Part shown: one piece after another, positions 21,867 to 32,789 of the stretch
How positions within the stretch are numbered: the first letter of the stretch is position 1
Layout of the letters: each line of letters starts with the position of its first letter
Assembly (NCBI GenBank): GCA_965233865.1
Contig: OZ247587.1
Span: forward strand, 1,152,001 to 1,216,000
Origin: Candidatus Neptunichlamydia sp.
GTDB taxonomy: Bacteria; Chlamydiota; Chlamydiia; Chlamydiales; Simkaniaceae
Direction of reading: 5' to 3'
DNA: 64,000 nucleotides
Position numbers and translations under genes: made by a program
Notes under the pieces: generated by a model
What the model was told of the DNA's origin: nothing
Database searches by the model: none
The model's input: only the letters and a program-made list of their open reading frames with translations

Positions 21867-21953
21867 TCATCTGTGACACTATTTAACTAAGAGACTGTGC
21901 ACTTTTGCTCGCTTAGTCTCTATATGTGATATAATCAATTGGGGGGAGCCATC

Positions 21954-22373
21954 ATGATTGAAAATGGAAAGCAAGTCGCTATCGAATATAGCGTGTTTTC
22001 AGATGACAACACACAAATCGATACCAACGTGGGGAAGGATCCTCTTGTGTTCCTTTTTGGATCACACCAGATTTTGCCTGCTCTTGAGGAGGCATTAAGA
22101 GGACTTGAAGTCGGTGATAATAAAAAAGTCATCCTAAACCCAGACTGTGCTTACGGGGACATTAATCCTCATGCATATAAGAAGGTTGAGTCTAAGCTGA
22201 TTCCTGAAGATCTTCGATTTAAAGGGGCCCTCTTGGTTGTTTCTGACGAGCAATTTGGGGAAATGTTGATCCGTGTTGACAGTTTAGATGAAGAGCAGGT
22301 TGTGCTCGACTTTAACCATCCTCTTGCTGGAAAGATATTGAAGTTTGATGTAAAGGTGCTTGACATCTCTTAA
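21954..22373 (+). CDS. slyD: FKBP-type peptidyl-prolyl isomerase (SlyD-like)
   Basis: QILPALEEAL and DFNHPLAGK motifs. Confidence 0.85.
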   Translation: MIENGKQVAIEYSVFSDDNTQIDTNVGKDPLVFLFGSHQILPALEEALRGLEVGDNKKVILNPDCAYGDINPHAYKKVESKLIPEDLRFKGALLVVSDEQFGEMLIRVDSLDEEQVVLDFNHPLAGKILKFDVKVLDIS

Positions 22374-22392
22374 ATAGAATCGCCACGAGAGG

Positions 22393-22421
22393 GGTACTTA
22401 GGAAGGGCCTTCCTAAGTACC
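22393..22421. terminator. Perfect 14-bp inverted repeat between convergent genes, likely a bidirectional terminator
   Basis: ggtacttaggaagg-g-ccttcctaagtacc. Confidence 0.6.
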
Positions 22422-22505
22422 GAAATTTTTCACAGGAGATTCTTATAGATAAAGTGGTTTAAATTTAAACCGCTATAAGGAACAAGCACCTCGTAACAAC
22501 ACCAT

Positions 22506-24647
22506 CTAGTATATAGAGGATTCTCTCTCTTCTTGCAGTGGTGGATAGAGTCTTTTTCCCGTGACAGCCCTTGCTCCTGTATCGCGGAGCCAAACCGAAA
22601 GAGCATAAGGAACAAAGGTTCTACTGCTTTTCTTCAGAAAGAAGTCCAGAGGGATCACAAATGCGATCCCTTTGTCCCGATAGCGACTCCAGTTCACGAC
22701 ATCATAGGCACTTGTCATTGCGTACCAAACTGAAAAGCGGAATCCACTAGGGAAATAGCGCCCCAATTCGAAGCGCGCTCCAACATCACGAGCTAAAAAT
22801 TTCCCAACACTCACCTTCAAATCGATCTGCAGCGGCTTGATATCATAATATAGATCGAGAAAGTATTGAAACCCAATAAAATGTACAAATTTAGGAGTAA
22901 ATCCGACAAACTTCCTAACCTTAGTCGTAAACCCAAGTCCATGATAATTTCGTTTAAGAACTCCTGCAGCCTCAACTCCAATCGCCCAATTCGAACCAAC
23001 AGGATAATAAAGAAACTCAGCGGCAAGTCCTGCATAAGCAGGCTCAAAATATCCTGTTGAAACGCGCCCATACCACCCCTTATTGATGTAAAATCCCCGT
23101 TGGATATAGGCCTGTTCAAGAGTAACTGAGTTTGTTTGAAAGTGCTTCACGCTGTCGGATCGGACATTGAGGATTTGAGAAGGATTAAGCATGTCCATAT
23201 CCCCCACATCTGAAATACTTGATTTGATGTTATAGCCGCCCTGAATTTTATAATAAAGCCGGTCAAAGAGATACCCCTCAGGCCCTGCAACAATACCAGC
23301 ACTATATTTAAATTTCCCTGTTGCACTCCCAAAAAAGGTTAAAAGGCGAGGGCGGATAGTAAAGGTCCAAACCCCTTTCGATCGATGATACAGGAGCGAC
23401 CCTTCATATGAATTGGGGGGCGTTGATGGTTCTCGCATCGGCGATAGGAGTTGGAACTCAAAGTCCCCAATCACCCCTTCTCTTAATTTTTCTAGATCAA
23501 CCGTGCGGAATTGGTATTCATGCGTAGGAATCCCATCAGCTTCCACCAATACGGTTACTGAATCAATATTCGAGGGCGTTAACGCAGCAAGAACTGACTC
23601 GATCCGATGTTTAAGATCCCTCTCTTTGCGGTACCGAATATTGATCATTTTAATCCAAAGAGAGCGTTCTTTCTCTCTCTCAGTATTAATGTAAACCCGA
23701 TAGACATTAAGATTTTGTCCTGCAAAAGCAAGAGCAAGTTCACTAGAAAGTTCTCTTTCGGAACGAAGGTATCCTAACGACTCTATATCAAGAGGAGTTC
23801 GGTAAATGGAAGGATCATCCACTTTAGGAAAAAACCCTGTTGTGTCCCCCAGGTTGTAATTAAGCGAAACCGAAGAAGCCACCTTTTCCCCTCGGATAGA
23901 ACTCACACTGAGCTGCAATACATCAAAGAAAGTTGTCGTAAGCCCAACATTCACACGAGACTTCACACCTCTTCCTTCGGGATGTTCGTGAACATGATTT
24001 TCATAATCAGTTGCATCCCATTCAGCAAGAAGCGCAAGACGATTAATTCCTGGGAGTCGACTTCTGCGAAAGGGAGTCCACCCAACACCCCCAAACCATC
24101 CTTTTATTCTCCCCTTTCCCCAGCCAATAGTTGTCTCAAAGTTGTAGTCAAGAAATTCCTTTGTTGCCGCAACATAGAAAGAATGAAACCTTTTGGTCCC
24201 ATAAAAATCCTCCATTCCCACTGAAATTTCAGGAAAGTAAGCAAGCCCATCTTCCTTCTTAAGCATAGCAATCTTAACATTCGCACCTCGATCTGTAAAA
24301 TCTCCAAACCCTAAATCTCCCATGGCAGGGTCCGGGACCCCTATATAGGTGGTGTAGTTCACTCCAAACTCCAAACGTTCAAGCGCTTGAATCGCGGAAG
24401 CATAATTTCTATATGGGGGCACATAAGCGAATCCTATCGCAGCAGCCCCTGCTTCATTCATTCGGGCAGAAGGCATCGAAAAATACCCTCCCATCAAAGA
24501 ATAATTATAATGGTAGGGGAGACGGTCATTAATTTCCTCATTGACTTCCTTAATCAGGCTAAGGTCTCTAAACAGCACAGAGATATCTTCTTCAGCAAAG
24601 AGAGAAAATATGAAGAACATAAGAATAGGACGGCACAAACCTTTCAA
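22506..24647 (-). CDS. YjbH-domain outer-membrane protein (exopolysaccharide export family)
   Basis: GYFSMPSARM N-terminus; GKFLARDVGARFELGRYFPSG and DKGIAFVIPLD C-terminal motifs. Confidence 0.85.
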   Translation of the reverse strand: MKGLCRPILMFFIFSLFAEEDISVLFRDLSLIKEVNEEINDRLPYHYNYSLMGGYFSMPSARMNEAGAAAIGFAYVPPYRNYASAIQALERLEFGVNYTTYIGVPDPAMGDLGFGDFTDRGANVKIAMLKKEDGLAYFPEISVGMEDFYGTKRFHSFYVAATKEFLDYNFETTIGWGKGRIKGWFGGVGWTPFRRSRLPGINRLALLAEWDATDYENHVHEHPEGRGVKSRVNVGLTTTFFDVLQLSVSSIRGEKVASSVSLNYNLGDTTGFFPKVDDPSIYRTPLDIESLGYLRSERELSSELALAFAGQNLNVYRVYINTEREKERSLWIKMINIRYRKERDLKHRIESVLAALTPSNIDSVTVLVEADGIPTHEYQFRTVDLEKLREGVIGDFEFQLLSPMREPSTPPNSYEGSLLYHRSKGVWTFTIRPRLLTFFGSATGKFKYSAGIVAGPEGYLFDRLYYKIQGGYNIKSSISDVGDMDMLNPSQILNVRSDSVKHFQTNSVTLEQAYIQRGFYINKGWYGRVSTGYFEPAYAGLAAEFLYYPVGSNWAIGVEAAGVLKRNYHGLGFTTKVRKFVGFTPKFVHFIGFQYFLDLYYDIKPLQIDLKVSVGKFLARDVGARFELGRYFPSGFRFSVWYAMTSAYDVVNWSRYRDKGIAFVIPLDFFLKKSSRTFVPYALSVWLRDTGARAVTGKRLYPPLQEERESSIY

Positions 24648-24833
24648 AGGTAAAAACTATGTTGGTTTAAAAGTTATTTAATTTCGCAATTATTGAAGAT
24701 AAAATCAAGATTAATATGAATTGGCAAAAAATATTTTTAACTATTTAATAAAAATCCGTTTTTCATTATCATTCAGAAATTAATTAGAGACAAAAAATTT
24801 AGAAAACAAATATAAAAATTTTTAGGTATTATT

Positions 24834-25022
24834 ATGGAAATCAATGACGATGTTGAAACCAGCGAAATAGATCAAACTACTCTTCTAAAAATAGCAACAA
24901 GTAATAACAATGAAGCAGATCAAAAAGAGCTGTATCTTGAGCACCTAAGAATAATTACTGCAAAGGTTATCGAGTCTCAAGAAAAAGAATTCAGTCAGCT
25001 TTCTTCGGAGATCAAAGCCTAA
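24834..25022 (+). CDS. Small hypothetical protein
   Basis: 62-aa ORF with ATG after an AT-rich spacer; no recognisable motif. Confidence 0.35.
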   Translation: MEINDDVETSEIDQTTLLKIATSNNNEADQKELYLEHLRIITAKVIESQEKEFSQLSSEIKA

Positions 25023-26293
25023 TTATCAAGATATTGCAAGGCGTAAGCTTTCAGACCTTCCTTCACAATTTCTGTCATCTCAATTTTAGAGGGACAAAGA
25101 TAAGTCGGAAGGGCAAAATCTTCTGGGTGAACACCCAATAAACCCAAAGCTTCTCCTTTTTCATACTCTTTAGTCAAAAGCATTTTTACAAGCAGCATTG
25201 TTTCGATAGGAAGGGGCATGACACGATCATAAATAGCTCCATCAACAAAGGCTCTTTCTTCTCCATGCATAAGTGTAGAAAGAGTTGCTGTCTTCCTCCG
25301 AAACAAGTAGGCTTTAGAAGCAGTGTACCCCTTGCGATTGAGTTTTAGAAAATGCAGAAACTCCCGCTTTTCTTTCGACTCTAGGAGGGAGCAAACAGTA
25401 TGATGATAAAAACCTAGATAACCTTTAGGGCCTACTTCTACGCCCATAAGCGGGTCTCCAGATATGACTCGGCCTCCCTCTCCGTCTATAAGATCTGCAA
25501 GAGGCGTCCCTGAGTGGACTTGATAAAACCCTCCCTTATCTCCAGCAACACTTATGATCCGCTGCGTATGATAAACCCCTTCGAGCTTCCATCTGCCGAT
25601 AGCAATGACATCCACAATGTTGAGTGTCCATATGATTTGATCATTCATCGTAATGGGGTGGATTGCAGCAATGTGAACCGAGTGATTGCCGATAGGATGA
25701 GGCCCTGAAGCAATATGCACCTGTGCATCAAAGCTGGAGAATGCGCCGCTCCCTTCTCTGCAGGTTAGATGAACAGGAGCAAACTCCTTAAGTGTTTTGA
25801 TCCCTTCTCTAAAGAAATCTTCGTACCCTTTGAGTTGGATCTCCGGCGGTGGGGCAAAGGGAGCTGATTCAATTGCTTTTACAAAGATTGCTTCAGGCTT
25901 TTGATCGGGGCGGGCAATACGAAGTCCTGGGCGCACCTGGATATGTGGCGCAAGCCCTGCCTCGAATAACGTCTCTTTTTTTCTCTCAAAAAGGATCTGT
26001 TTTTGATCCGTTTCAATAACAACAGACAGAAGTCGACGCTTCAATCCTCTGACAACCTCTTTGACTACCCCAGATGAGGGAGAAACAAAAAGACGTTTAG
26101 GGCATTTTTTATCGTAGGCAAGAGGCTCCCCAACTCTGACAAACTCCCCCTTTTTTTTAATCAATTTGAAAAGAGTTGTTTCAAAAGGGCTGAGGTCAAG
26201 GGCCAAGCGATTAGAAAAAGGAATAGATTGAACTTCTCCTGTCGGTTCTCCAAGAAGAGGAATATCTAAACCTTTTTTAATTTTTATTTTCAT
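25019..26293 (-). CDS. nqrA: Na(+)-translocating NADH-quinone reductase subunit A
   Basis: IKIKKGLDIPL, GPHPIGN and EDFALPTYLCPSK motifs. Confidence 0.93.
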   Translation of the reverse strand: MKIKIKKGLDIPLLGEPTGEVQSIPFSNRLALDLSPFETTLFKLIKKKGEFVRVGEPLAYDKKCPKRLFVSPSSGVVKEVVRGLKRRLLSVVIETDQKQILFERKKETLFEAGLAPHIQVRPGLRIARPDQKPEAIFVKAIESAPFAPPPEIQLKGYEDFFREGIKTLKEFAPVHLTCREGSGAFSSFDAQVHIASGPHPIGNHSVHIAAIHPITMNDQIIWTLNIVDVIAIGRWKLEGVYHTQRIISVAGDKGGFYQVHSGTPLADLIDGEGGRVISGDPLMGVEVGPKGYLGFYHHTVCSLLESKEKREFLHFLKLNRKGYTASKAYLFRRKTATLSTLMHGEERAFVDGAIYDRVMPLPIETMLLVKMLLTKEYEKGEALGLLGVHPEDFALPTYLCPSKIEMTEIVKEGLKAYALQYLDN

Positions 26294-26463
26294 CTGGCCT
26301 CATCTTAATCAAATCCATTCGTTTCTGCTAATAAAATTTTATAAATGAATCCAAAAACACAGTTTTGATTCACCCCTTTTATAGGCAATATAAGTTCTGA
26401 ATTGAAGTTAATTAGCTAAATTTTTATACTCTTTCTCAACGCAGTGAAAAGGATTCCCAATTT

Positions 26464-28638
26464 ATGTCGATGAGTTATTTAGATCAATTTCAGAAACACC
26501 TTAAGCATCATGATTACCCCTCTTTTCTCACACTTTGGGAGGAGTATTGTATGGGGGATGAGATTGATGGTGAGGAACTTAAACGCACCCTTATAAGAGT
26601 AAAAAATTCCGAGTTTGTCTCCCCGTTTGGGCGCCATGTTGAAAAAGCTTTGCATCTTTGGGGAACAATCAAAGAGACCGATCTAGGACATGACGTTATC
26701 AAACTAATTTTTGACATTCAAACAACAGACACCAAGGAACTTGGAAACCTCGCCTTTGAATATCTTAGACAGCACAACGCCGAAGACTCTTATTTTAACG
26801 ATAAGATTCGACTCATCGGACTGCGCAAAATGAAAACTTTTCAGGGTGCCATTAGTAATTATGAACTCTTAACACACATGAAGAAAGGGAATTTCGTATT
26901 CCACACTGGTGGATGGGGTGTTGGAGAAATCATGGATTTTTCTTTTTTAAGGGAGCAGCTTTCAATTGAATTTGATTATGTCGGAGGAACGAAAGACCTT
27001 TCATTCAGCAATGCATTTAAAACCCTCTTACCTATCTCTGATGAGCACTTTCTTGCTCTTCGCTTTGGAAATCCTGATGAGCTTGAGGAACGCTTAAAGA
27101 AAAACCCCGTTGAGGTTATTCATTGTATGCTTCGCGATTTGGGTCCATCGACAGCAGCAGAAATTAAGGATGCGCTATGCGAACTCGTGATCCCTGCAGA
27201 AGAGTGGGCGCGTTGGTGGCAGACCGCTCGAGCTAAGGTCAAAAAAGATACAATGATTGAAACCCCCGAGGACACTCGGAATCCCTTTAGACTTCGGGAA
27301 ACTGAAGTAGCTCATGAAGATCATCTTCAAAAAGCTCTAGAAAAAAAACCCGATGCTGCGGCTCTTATTCAAATGGTTTACTCTTTTCTTCGGGATTTTC
27401 CTCAAACAATCAAGAATGAGGAATTTCGAAAGAACTTAGAAGATAAACTCAAAGGAACCTTATCCGATGCAGAGATTTCTGATGCCCAGGAACTGCAACT
27501 TCATTTTTTCATGGAAGACTTGAGTGGAGGAAAGACCTATGCCCCAACAAAAGAACTCATTACACGCTTTACCTCTCCCGAGGACGTCATCAGAGATATT
27601 GAAATCGTCGCCTTTAAGAAACGAGCTCTCGTGGAAATTCGCAAACTACGCGAGGACTGGCCTATATTCTTTTTAAATCTTCTACTTATAGTCGATCAAA
27701 ACCCATTAAGAGATTATATCCTGACCGAGCTTCTAAAGATAAAAAAAGAAGCTGAGGTTAAAGTGAAACTTCAGGATCTTCTAGCTTTCCCAACTCGCCA
27801 TCCCCAAGTACTTCTATGGTACTTCCAGAAGATTATGAAAAACTCCACACTTCCCCTATCAGATCAGGAAGGGCAAAATCTCTTTTTTGAAGCTGTTTTG
27901 ATTTTACTTAGCAGCTTGGAACAATCCACAGGCTATCGCGATTTGATTAAAAAAATCCTGACATTTTTAACCACTCAGCGATATAACAATATTCGTAAAA
28001 TCTACAAAAGTTCCTCCAAAGAATCTGTTCAAGAGTTTCTCCTTCTAGCAACAAAGTGTCAGAGCTTTACTGAACATGACATAAAAATCTTTCATTCCCT
28101 TGCTGAAGTCGTTCACCCCTCTCTTGCAAACCTTGGGAAAAAATATGAGATGGATGTAGAAGATGAGAGCAATGTCATTTGGGCGACACAAGAAGGCTAC
28201 CAAAAAATCAAAGAGCGGATCAAGGAAATTTCCACTTCAGAAACAGTAGATAATGCTAAAGAAATTGAAGCCGCCCGCGCACTTGGCGATCTAAGGGAGA
28301 ATGCTGAATTTAAAGCGGCCCTAGAAAGGCGAGACCGTCTTCAAAGTGAGCTCCGCACGCTTTCAGAGCAATTTAACCGTGCGAGAATCCTCACAACAAA
28401 TGATGTGACTACCAATGAAGTGAGTGTAGGTGTAGTGGTTGATTGTCAAAGTGATGGAGGAGAAAAAATTTCATATACGCTGCTAGGCCCGTGGGAAGCA
28501 GACCCTGATAAACACATCCTTTCTTTTGAATCAAAACTAGCACAAAATCTTATGGGGAAAAAACCAGGTGATAAGGTGTCCTTCAAAGGACAGACATTTA
28601 CAATCTCTCACTTGAGAAATTATTTCAAAACACTCTAA
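26464..28638 (+). CDS. greA: Transcription elongation factor GreA (chlamydial long form)
   Basis: C-terminal ARALGDLRENAEFKAA with a long N-terminal extension. Confidence 0.93.
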   Translation: MSMSYLDQFQKHLKHHDYPSFLTLWEEYCMGDEIDGEELKRTLIRVKNSEFVSPFGRHVEKALHLWGTIKETDLGHDVIKLIFDIQTTDTKELGNLAFEYLRQHNAEDSYFNDKIRLIGLRKMKTFQGAISNYELLTHMKKGNFVFHTGGWGVGEIMDFSFLREQLSIEFDYVGGTKDLSFSNAFKTLLPISDEHFLALRFGNPDELEERLKKNPVEVIHCMLRDLGPSTAAEIKDALCELVIPAEEWARWWQTARAKVKKDTMIETPEDTRNPFRLRETEVAHEDHLQKALEKKPDAAALIQMVYSFLRDFPQTIKNEEFRKNLEDKLKGTLSDAEISDAQELQLHFFMEDLSGGKTYAPTKELITRFTSPEDVIRDIEIVAFKKRALVEIRKLREDWPIFFLNLLLIVDQNPLRDYILTELLKIKKEAEVKVKLQDLLAFPTRHPQVLLWYFQKIMKNSTLPLSDQEGQNLFFEAVLILLSSLEQSTGYRDLIKKILTFLTTQRYNNIRKIYKSSSKESVQEFLLLATKCQSFTEHDIKIFHSLAEVVHPSLANLGKKYEMDVEDESNVIWATQEGYQKIKERIKEISTSETVDNAKEIEAARALGDLRENAEFKAALERRDRLQSELRTLSEQFNRARILTTNDVTTNEVSVGVVVDCQSDGGEKISYTLLGPWEADPDKHILSFESKLAQNLMGKKPGDKVSFKGQTFTISHLRNYFKTL

Positions 28639-28650
28639 TATTAGGTCACT

Positions 28651-29250
28651 ATGGAAATTGTTATTGCCTCTCAAAACCTCCACAAAATCCGCGAAATCCG
28701 GGCTATCTTAAAACCTGAGCACCCTTTTGATTACCTTTCATTGCTTGACTTTCCCGAATATCAGCCGCCTGAAGAATCTGGTGAAACATTTGAAAACAAT
28801 GCTTTCATCAAAGCAACGCACGCTGCAAATACATTGAAGCGATGGGTTATTGCAGAGGATTCTGGTCTTGTCGTTCCAGCTCTAGAAAATCAACCTGGAG
28901 TGCGTAGCTCTAGATATGCAGGAGATACTGCCAGTGACAAGGAAAACAGAGTCAAATTAATTAATGCTCTTGATCATATCCCAGAAAATGAGCGAGTTGG
29001 GTACTATTTTTGCGCTCTAGCCTTCGCCTCACCTGATGGTATTCAAATGCAGGTTAAAGGATCTTGTGAAGGCTCTCTTCTTTTAAAACCCCGTGGCAGC
29101 CAAGGATTTGGATACGATCCTCTTTTCCTAAAATACGACTACAACAAGACTTTTGCGGAAATAGACGAAGAAACCAAAAATCGAATCTCTCATCGCCGCA
29201 AAGCACTGGATAAACTCACTCCCGCACTTGAAAACCTTTTGAAGACGTAA
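28651..29250 (+). CDS. rdgB: Non-canonical purine NTP pyrophosphatase (Ham1/RdgB)
   Basis: EDSGL, GFGYDP and SHRRKA motifs. Confidence 0.95.
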   Translation: MEIVIASQNLHKIREIRAILKPEHPFDYLSLLDFPEYQPPEESGETFENNAFIKATHAANTLKRWVIAEDSGLVVPALENQPGVRSSRYAGDTASDKENRVKLINALDHIPENERVGYYFCALAFASPDGIQMQVKGSCEGSLLLKPRGSQGFGYDPLFLKYDYNKTFAEIDEETKNRISHRRKALDKLTPALENLLKT

Positions 29251-29252
29251 AA

Positions 29253-29738
29253 TTGAGATATCTCATTGACGCCTACAATCTCTTTTTCAAGCTTGAAAAA
29301 GAAATCCTTCCTCTAGAAGAAAAACGGGAGGAATTTATCTCTCTTCTCGACAAGGAAGTCGGAAATCTAAGACCCCCGGTCCTCCTTATTTTTGATAGCC
29401 ATAGAGAAAATGCTAAAGATTTTGCTTCAAAACGAAAGTTAAAAAATCTTGAAGTCTCTTTTTCTCCAAAAAACCTTTCAGCAGACCATTATATTTTAGA
29501 ACTTCTTGAATGGGATGCAAAAAATACGACTCTTGTTACCTCAGACAAAAGGCTCGCGATGGAAGCGAAACATCATGGCGCAAAAATAAAATCGATTGAA
29601 GCTTTTGTTCGGTTTATTTTGCGACAACGTGAGAGAAAAGACTCTGTAGCAAAACCAGAATTACAAGAAACCGACGCCAATATTAAGCGCTATCTTGACG
29701 CGTTTGAAAAAAGCGACGAGCAATCAGAGGACTTCTGA
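29253..29738 (+). CDS. NYN (YacP-like) domain protein
   Basis: YLIDAYN, SADHYI and VTSD motifs. Confidence 0.85.
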   Translation: MRYLIDAYNLFFKLEKEILPLEEKREEFISLLDKEVGNLRPPVLLIFDSHRENAKDFASKRKLKNLEVSFSPKNLSADHYILELLEWDAKNTTLVTSDKRLAMEAKHHGAKIKSIEAFVRFILRQRERKDSVAKPELQETDANIKRYLDAFEKSDEQSEDF

Positions 29739-29744
29739 TCATAC

Positions 29745-30029
29745 CTACTCTCTTTTTACATGTTGAAAAAGAGGGATTTCTTCAAAATAAATTTTCCAAG
29801 AACGCTTATCTACAAAAAGAGAAGCATTTGATGAATATTCAGACGTTGTTACATGAAGAATACTTGCCTCAACCTCATTCACAATTTTGAACATTCGTTT
29901 TGGAAATGCAACATACTCTAGAGATCTCACAAGGTGTTGATAACCAAAAGAAAGAGAGCCACGATAAACATCGCTAAAACAAGGTGTATTCAGTACTGGA
30001 GTCGGCTTGCCTGTGACAAAAAATGTCAT
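29745..30029 (-). pseudogene. Probable N-terminal remnant of an NlpC/P60-type protein
   Basis: TPVLNTP.F...LVRSLE.VAFP segment recalled from the N-termini of chlamydial NlpC/P60 proteins; truncated at 94 aa. Confidence 0.35.
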
Positions 30030-30115
30030 ATTTCAAATATCTCGTGCAAAAAATATCTTTTCACTCTAAATTCATATTTTTAGAACTTTTCTTATAGCAT
30101 AGCACGAGGGTGAAT

Positions 30116-31726
30116 ATGAAAACATTTTTACGAATTGCGATTCTTCTGCCCCTAATCGCTCTATCCCTAGTGGGATGTAAACGGGGAGGAAGCTCATCAG
30201 CCCAAACCTCACGCGGTGCCCATCAGCAAGAAATTACGATCAATATTACATCAGAACCTCAAACACTAGACCCTCGCAAAGTACGTGCGCTTAATGATAC
30301 AAACGTCATTCGCATGTTTATGGACGGTCTAACTCGCACCGACAAGGAAGGAATAATAACTCTTGCTGTTGCAAAAAAAGTAGACATTTCATCCGATCAA
30401 AAGACCTATACATTCACTCTAAGAGAAAGCCATTGGTCAAACGGAGACCTAGTCACTTCCCATGATTTTGCATATGCTTGGAAAAAAAGCCTGACGCCCG
30501 CTTTTTTTGCTCCTAATGCAAACCTCCTTTACGTCATTAAAAATGCAAAAGAAGTAAATGCAGGCAACCTTCCATTGAGTTTGCTAGGAATTGAAACTCC
30601 TGATGAGAAAACACTAGTCATCAATTTGAATCATCCAACACCCTACTTTTTAGACATGATTGCTCATCCAATATACTTCCCCGTTAATGCCAAGGTCGAC
30701 CGCTCAAACTCTCATTGGGCAGAGAAGGAAACCTCGTATGTCGGAAATGGTCCCTTTACCCTTATTGAATGGAAGCATCACAATACGATTGTTGCGGAAA
30801 AAAACCCCAGATATTGGGACCACAAAGCTGTAAGCCTATCCCATATAAAGATGGTAATGGTAAGAGACACAGGGTTCAAAATGTTCGACGCAAAAGATAC
30901 CAGCTGGGATGGATCACCTTATTCTGCAATTCCTATTGATGCAATTCAAACCCTAAAGACAACTGAACAACTCCGCTGCATCCCAGCACTAGCAACGAGT
31001 TGGATACGAGTCAACATTGAGGTTCCCCCTTTCGATTCAAAAAAGCTTCGCCAAGCTTTTGCTTTAGCAATTGATCGACAAACAATCGTCGAACATGTTC
31101 TTCAGGGACAGCAGATTCCTGCCACAGGAATTGTTCCCAAAGCAATGGGCCTCTCTGATCGCCCTTACTTCAATGACGCAGATATCGCTGCGGCTCAAGG
31201 ACTTTTTAATGAAGTCTTAGATGAAATGGGCGTCTCAGTAAGTGACTTCCCTGAAGTTGTTTTAACATATAGTTCAGGGGAGAGGGCCCATTCTGTTGTA
31301 CAAGCTCTGCAGAGTCAATGGCAAACGGCACTTGATATTCGAGTCAAGTTAGAACCCGTTGAAAAGAAAGTCTACTTTGATCAAGTTTCTAATAAGAACT
31401 ACACCCTTGCCTTAGGAAATTGGTTTGCCGACTTTAGAGATCCCATTAATTTCCTTGAAATCTTCAAAACAAACGCTGGCACCAATAACACGAATTGGGG
31501 AAGCCCAATCTATGGAGAGCTCTTGGAAACTTCTTATCAAACGTCTGATAAGGAAAAGAGAAGAGATCTCTTTCGTAGAAGTGAGGAGCTCATCATGAGT
31601 GAAATGCCCGTCATTCCACTTTACCACTATACGATGCTTTACATTCAAGATGACAATCTTAAAGATGTGGTCTTGACAACAATGGGCGGTATCGACTTTA
31701 AGTGGGCACATGTGGATAAAAAATAA
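30116..31726 (+). CDS. oppA: Oligopeptide ABC transporter substrate-binding lipoprotein
   Basis: Lipobox LVGC; EPQTLDP, WSNGD and GNGPF motifs. Confidence 0.92.
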   Translation: MKTFLRIAILLPLIALSLVGCKRGGSSSAQTSRGAHQQEITINITSEPQTLDPRKVRALNDTNVIRMFMDGLTRTDKEGIITLAVAKKVDISSDQKTYTFTLRESHWSNGDLVTSHDFAYAWKKSLTPAFFAPNANLLYVIKNAKEVNAGNLPLSLLGIETPDEKTLVINLNHPTPYFLDMIAHPIYFPVNAKVDRSNSHWAEKETSYVGNGPFTLIEWKHHNTIVAEKNPRYWDHKAVSLSHIKMVMVRDTGFKMFDAKDTSWDGSPYSAIPIDAIQTLKTTEQLRCIPALATSWIRVNIEVPPFDSKKLRQAFALAIDRQTIVEHVLQGQQIPATGIVPKAMGLSDRPYFNDADIAAAQGLFNEVLDEMGVSVSDFPEVVLTYSSGERAHSVVQALQSQWQTALDIRVKLEPVEKKVYFDQVSNKNYTLALGNWFADFRDPINFLEIFKTNAGTNNTNWGSPIYGELLETSYQTSDKEKRRDLFRRSEELIMSEMPVIPLYHYTMLYIQDDNLKDVVLTTMGGIDFKWAHVDKK

Positions 31727-32126
31727 GTTTGCCCTATTGGCATTTATCTTCTCGTCGACGCTTCTTTTTGGAGGCTCTGTAAGGATTTTCAATGACAGCC
31801 CCTACCAGCTTACAGCTAATATTCTAGCTGCAGATGGAAGCCATCAAGGATCTCTAACTCTAGCCCCTCAGCAACAAGCACAATGGCAAGATTTTTCTGG
31901 GAAAAATTCTACCTGGTCTCAAACACCCTACACAGTCATCCTTATCTGTAAAAATGGAAAGCAGTTTGGAACAATTAATGGTGTTCAGCAAGGGGGGACA
32001 GTGAGCGCTATGTCTTCAAACGGTCCTAGGTTTTGCGAAAAAGACAAAAATGAGAATCACCAAGGACAGAGTTCAACAGAAAAGCAGCATCAAGAACCTT
32101 TTAATCCGAATAAAACATCCCTTTGA
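31710..32126 (+). CDS. Secreted hypothetical protein
   Basis: N-terminal signal peptide; overlaps the oppA stop. Confidence 0.7.
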   Translation: MWIKNKFALLAFIFSSTLLFGGSVRIFNDSPYQLTANILAADGSHQGSLTLAPQQQAQWQDFSGKNSTWSQTPYTVILICKNGKQFGTINGVQQGGTVSAMSSNGPRFCEKDKNENHQGQSSTEKQHQEPFNPNKTSL

Positions 32127-32789
32127 CCCAGCTCCAAACCAAGGATCCCCATCACAAAAAGAATCTGCAGGGAGAAAGGGGGGATTTCGATCATCCAACC
32201 ACTCAACCGGCAAATAAGGTCATTTCATACAGATCTCTCTTCTTGAGCACCATTATCAAGGATAGCATATCTAAAACAGGAAAAGTTCCGTAAGAGGAAT
32301 GATGATTCCAAAGTTTATGAATGGAGTCGAGAAGAACTAAAGAAAGTCGCTTAAAAATGAAGAGAACCGACACAACATTTGACAATATTCTCAAATCTGA
32401 GAAATTTGCTATTTTTGTAGTTCACGGGGCCTCGCTCACCGAACCTGGAAGAATTACATTCTGCTGACAGGAATTTTGTCCTAAGTTGATTCCTTCTACA
32501 ACAGGTATTGCATTCACTGCATTAAGTTCATCGCGAGCAGCAACTGCAGCTTGGGCTAGAGGTCTTGCACCAGCAACAACCACTTCCTGACCAGCAGCAG
32601 CACCTCACTGAATTGTTTTTCTTCTTTCTTCATCCCCAATCTGTTGACCTGCTGCAAAATTAGTGGCTTTGACATGAAGGTCTCTAAACTTAGAGCTAAG
32701 CATACGGTAGGAGTGGGTAATTTCACATACGTTACGTTGATGTACAGCATATTAAGGGCATCCGCTCCTCTAAATTGAGCCTCTGAAAG

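Noticed and set aside
24650..24833. AT-rich spacer near hemB/nqrA as oriC
   Set aside because: The Chlamydia origin lies near hemB, but no DnaA-box cluster or skew switch is visible here
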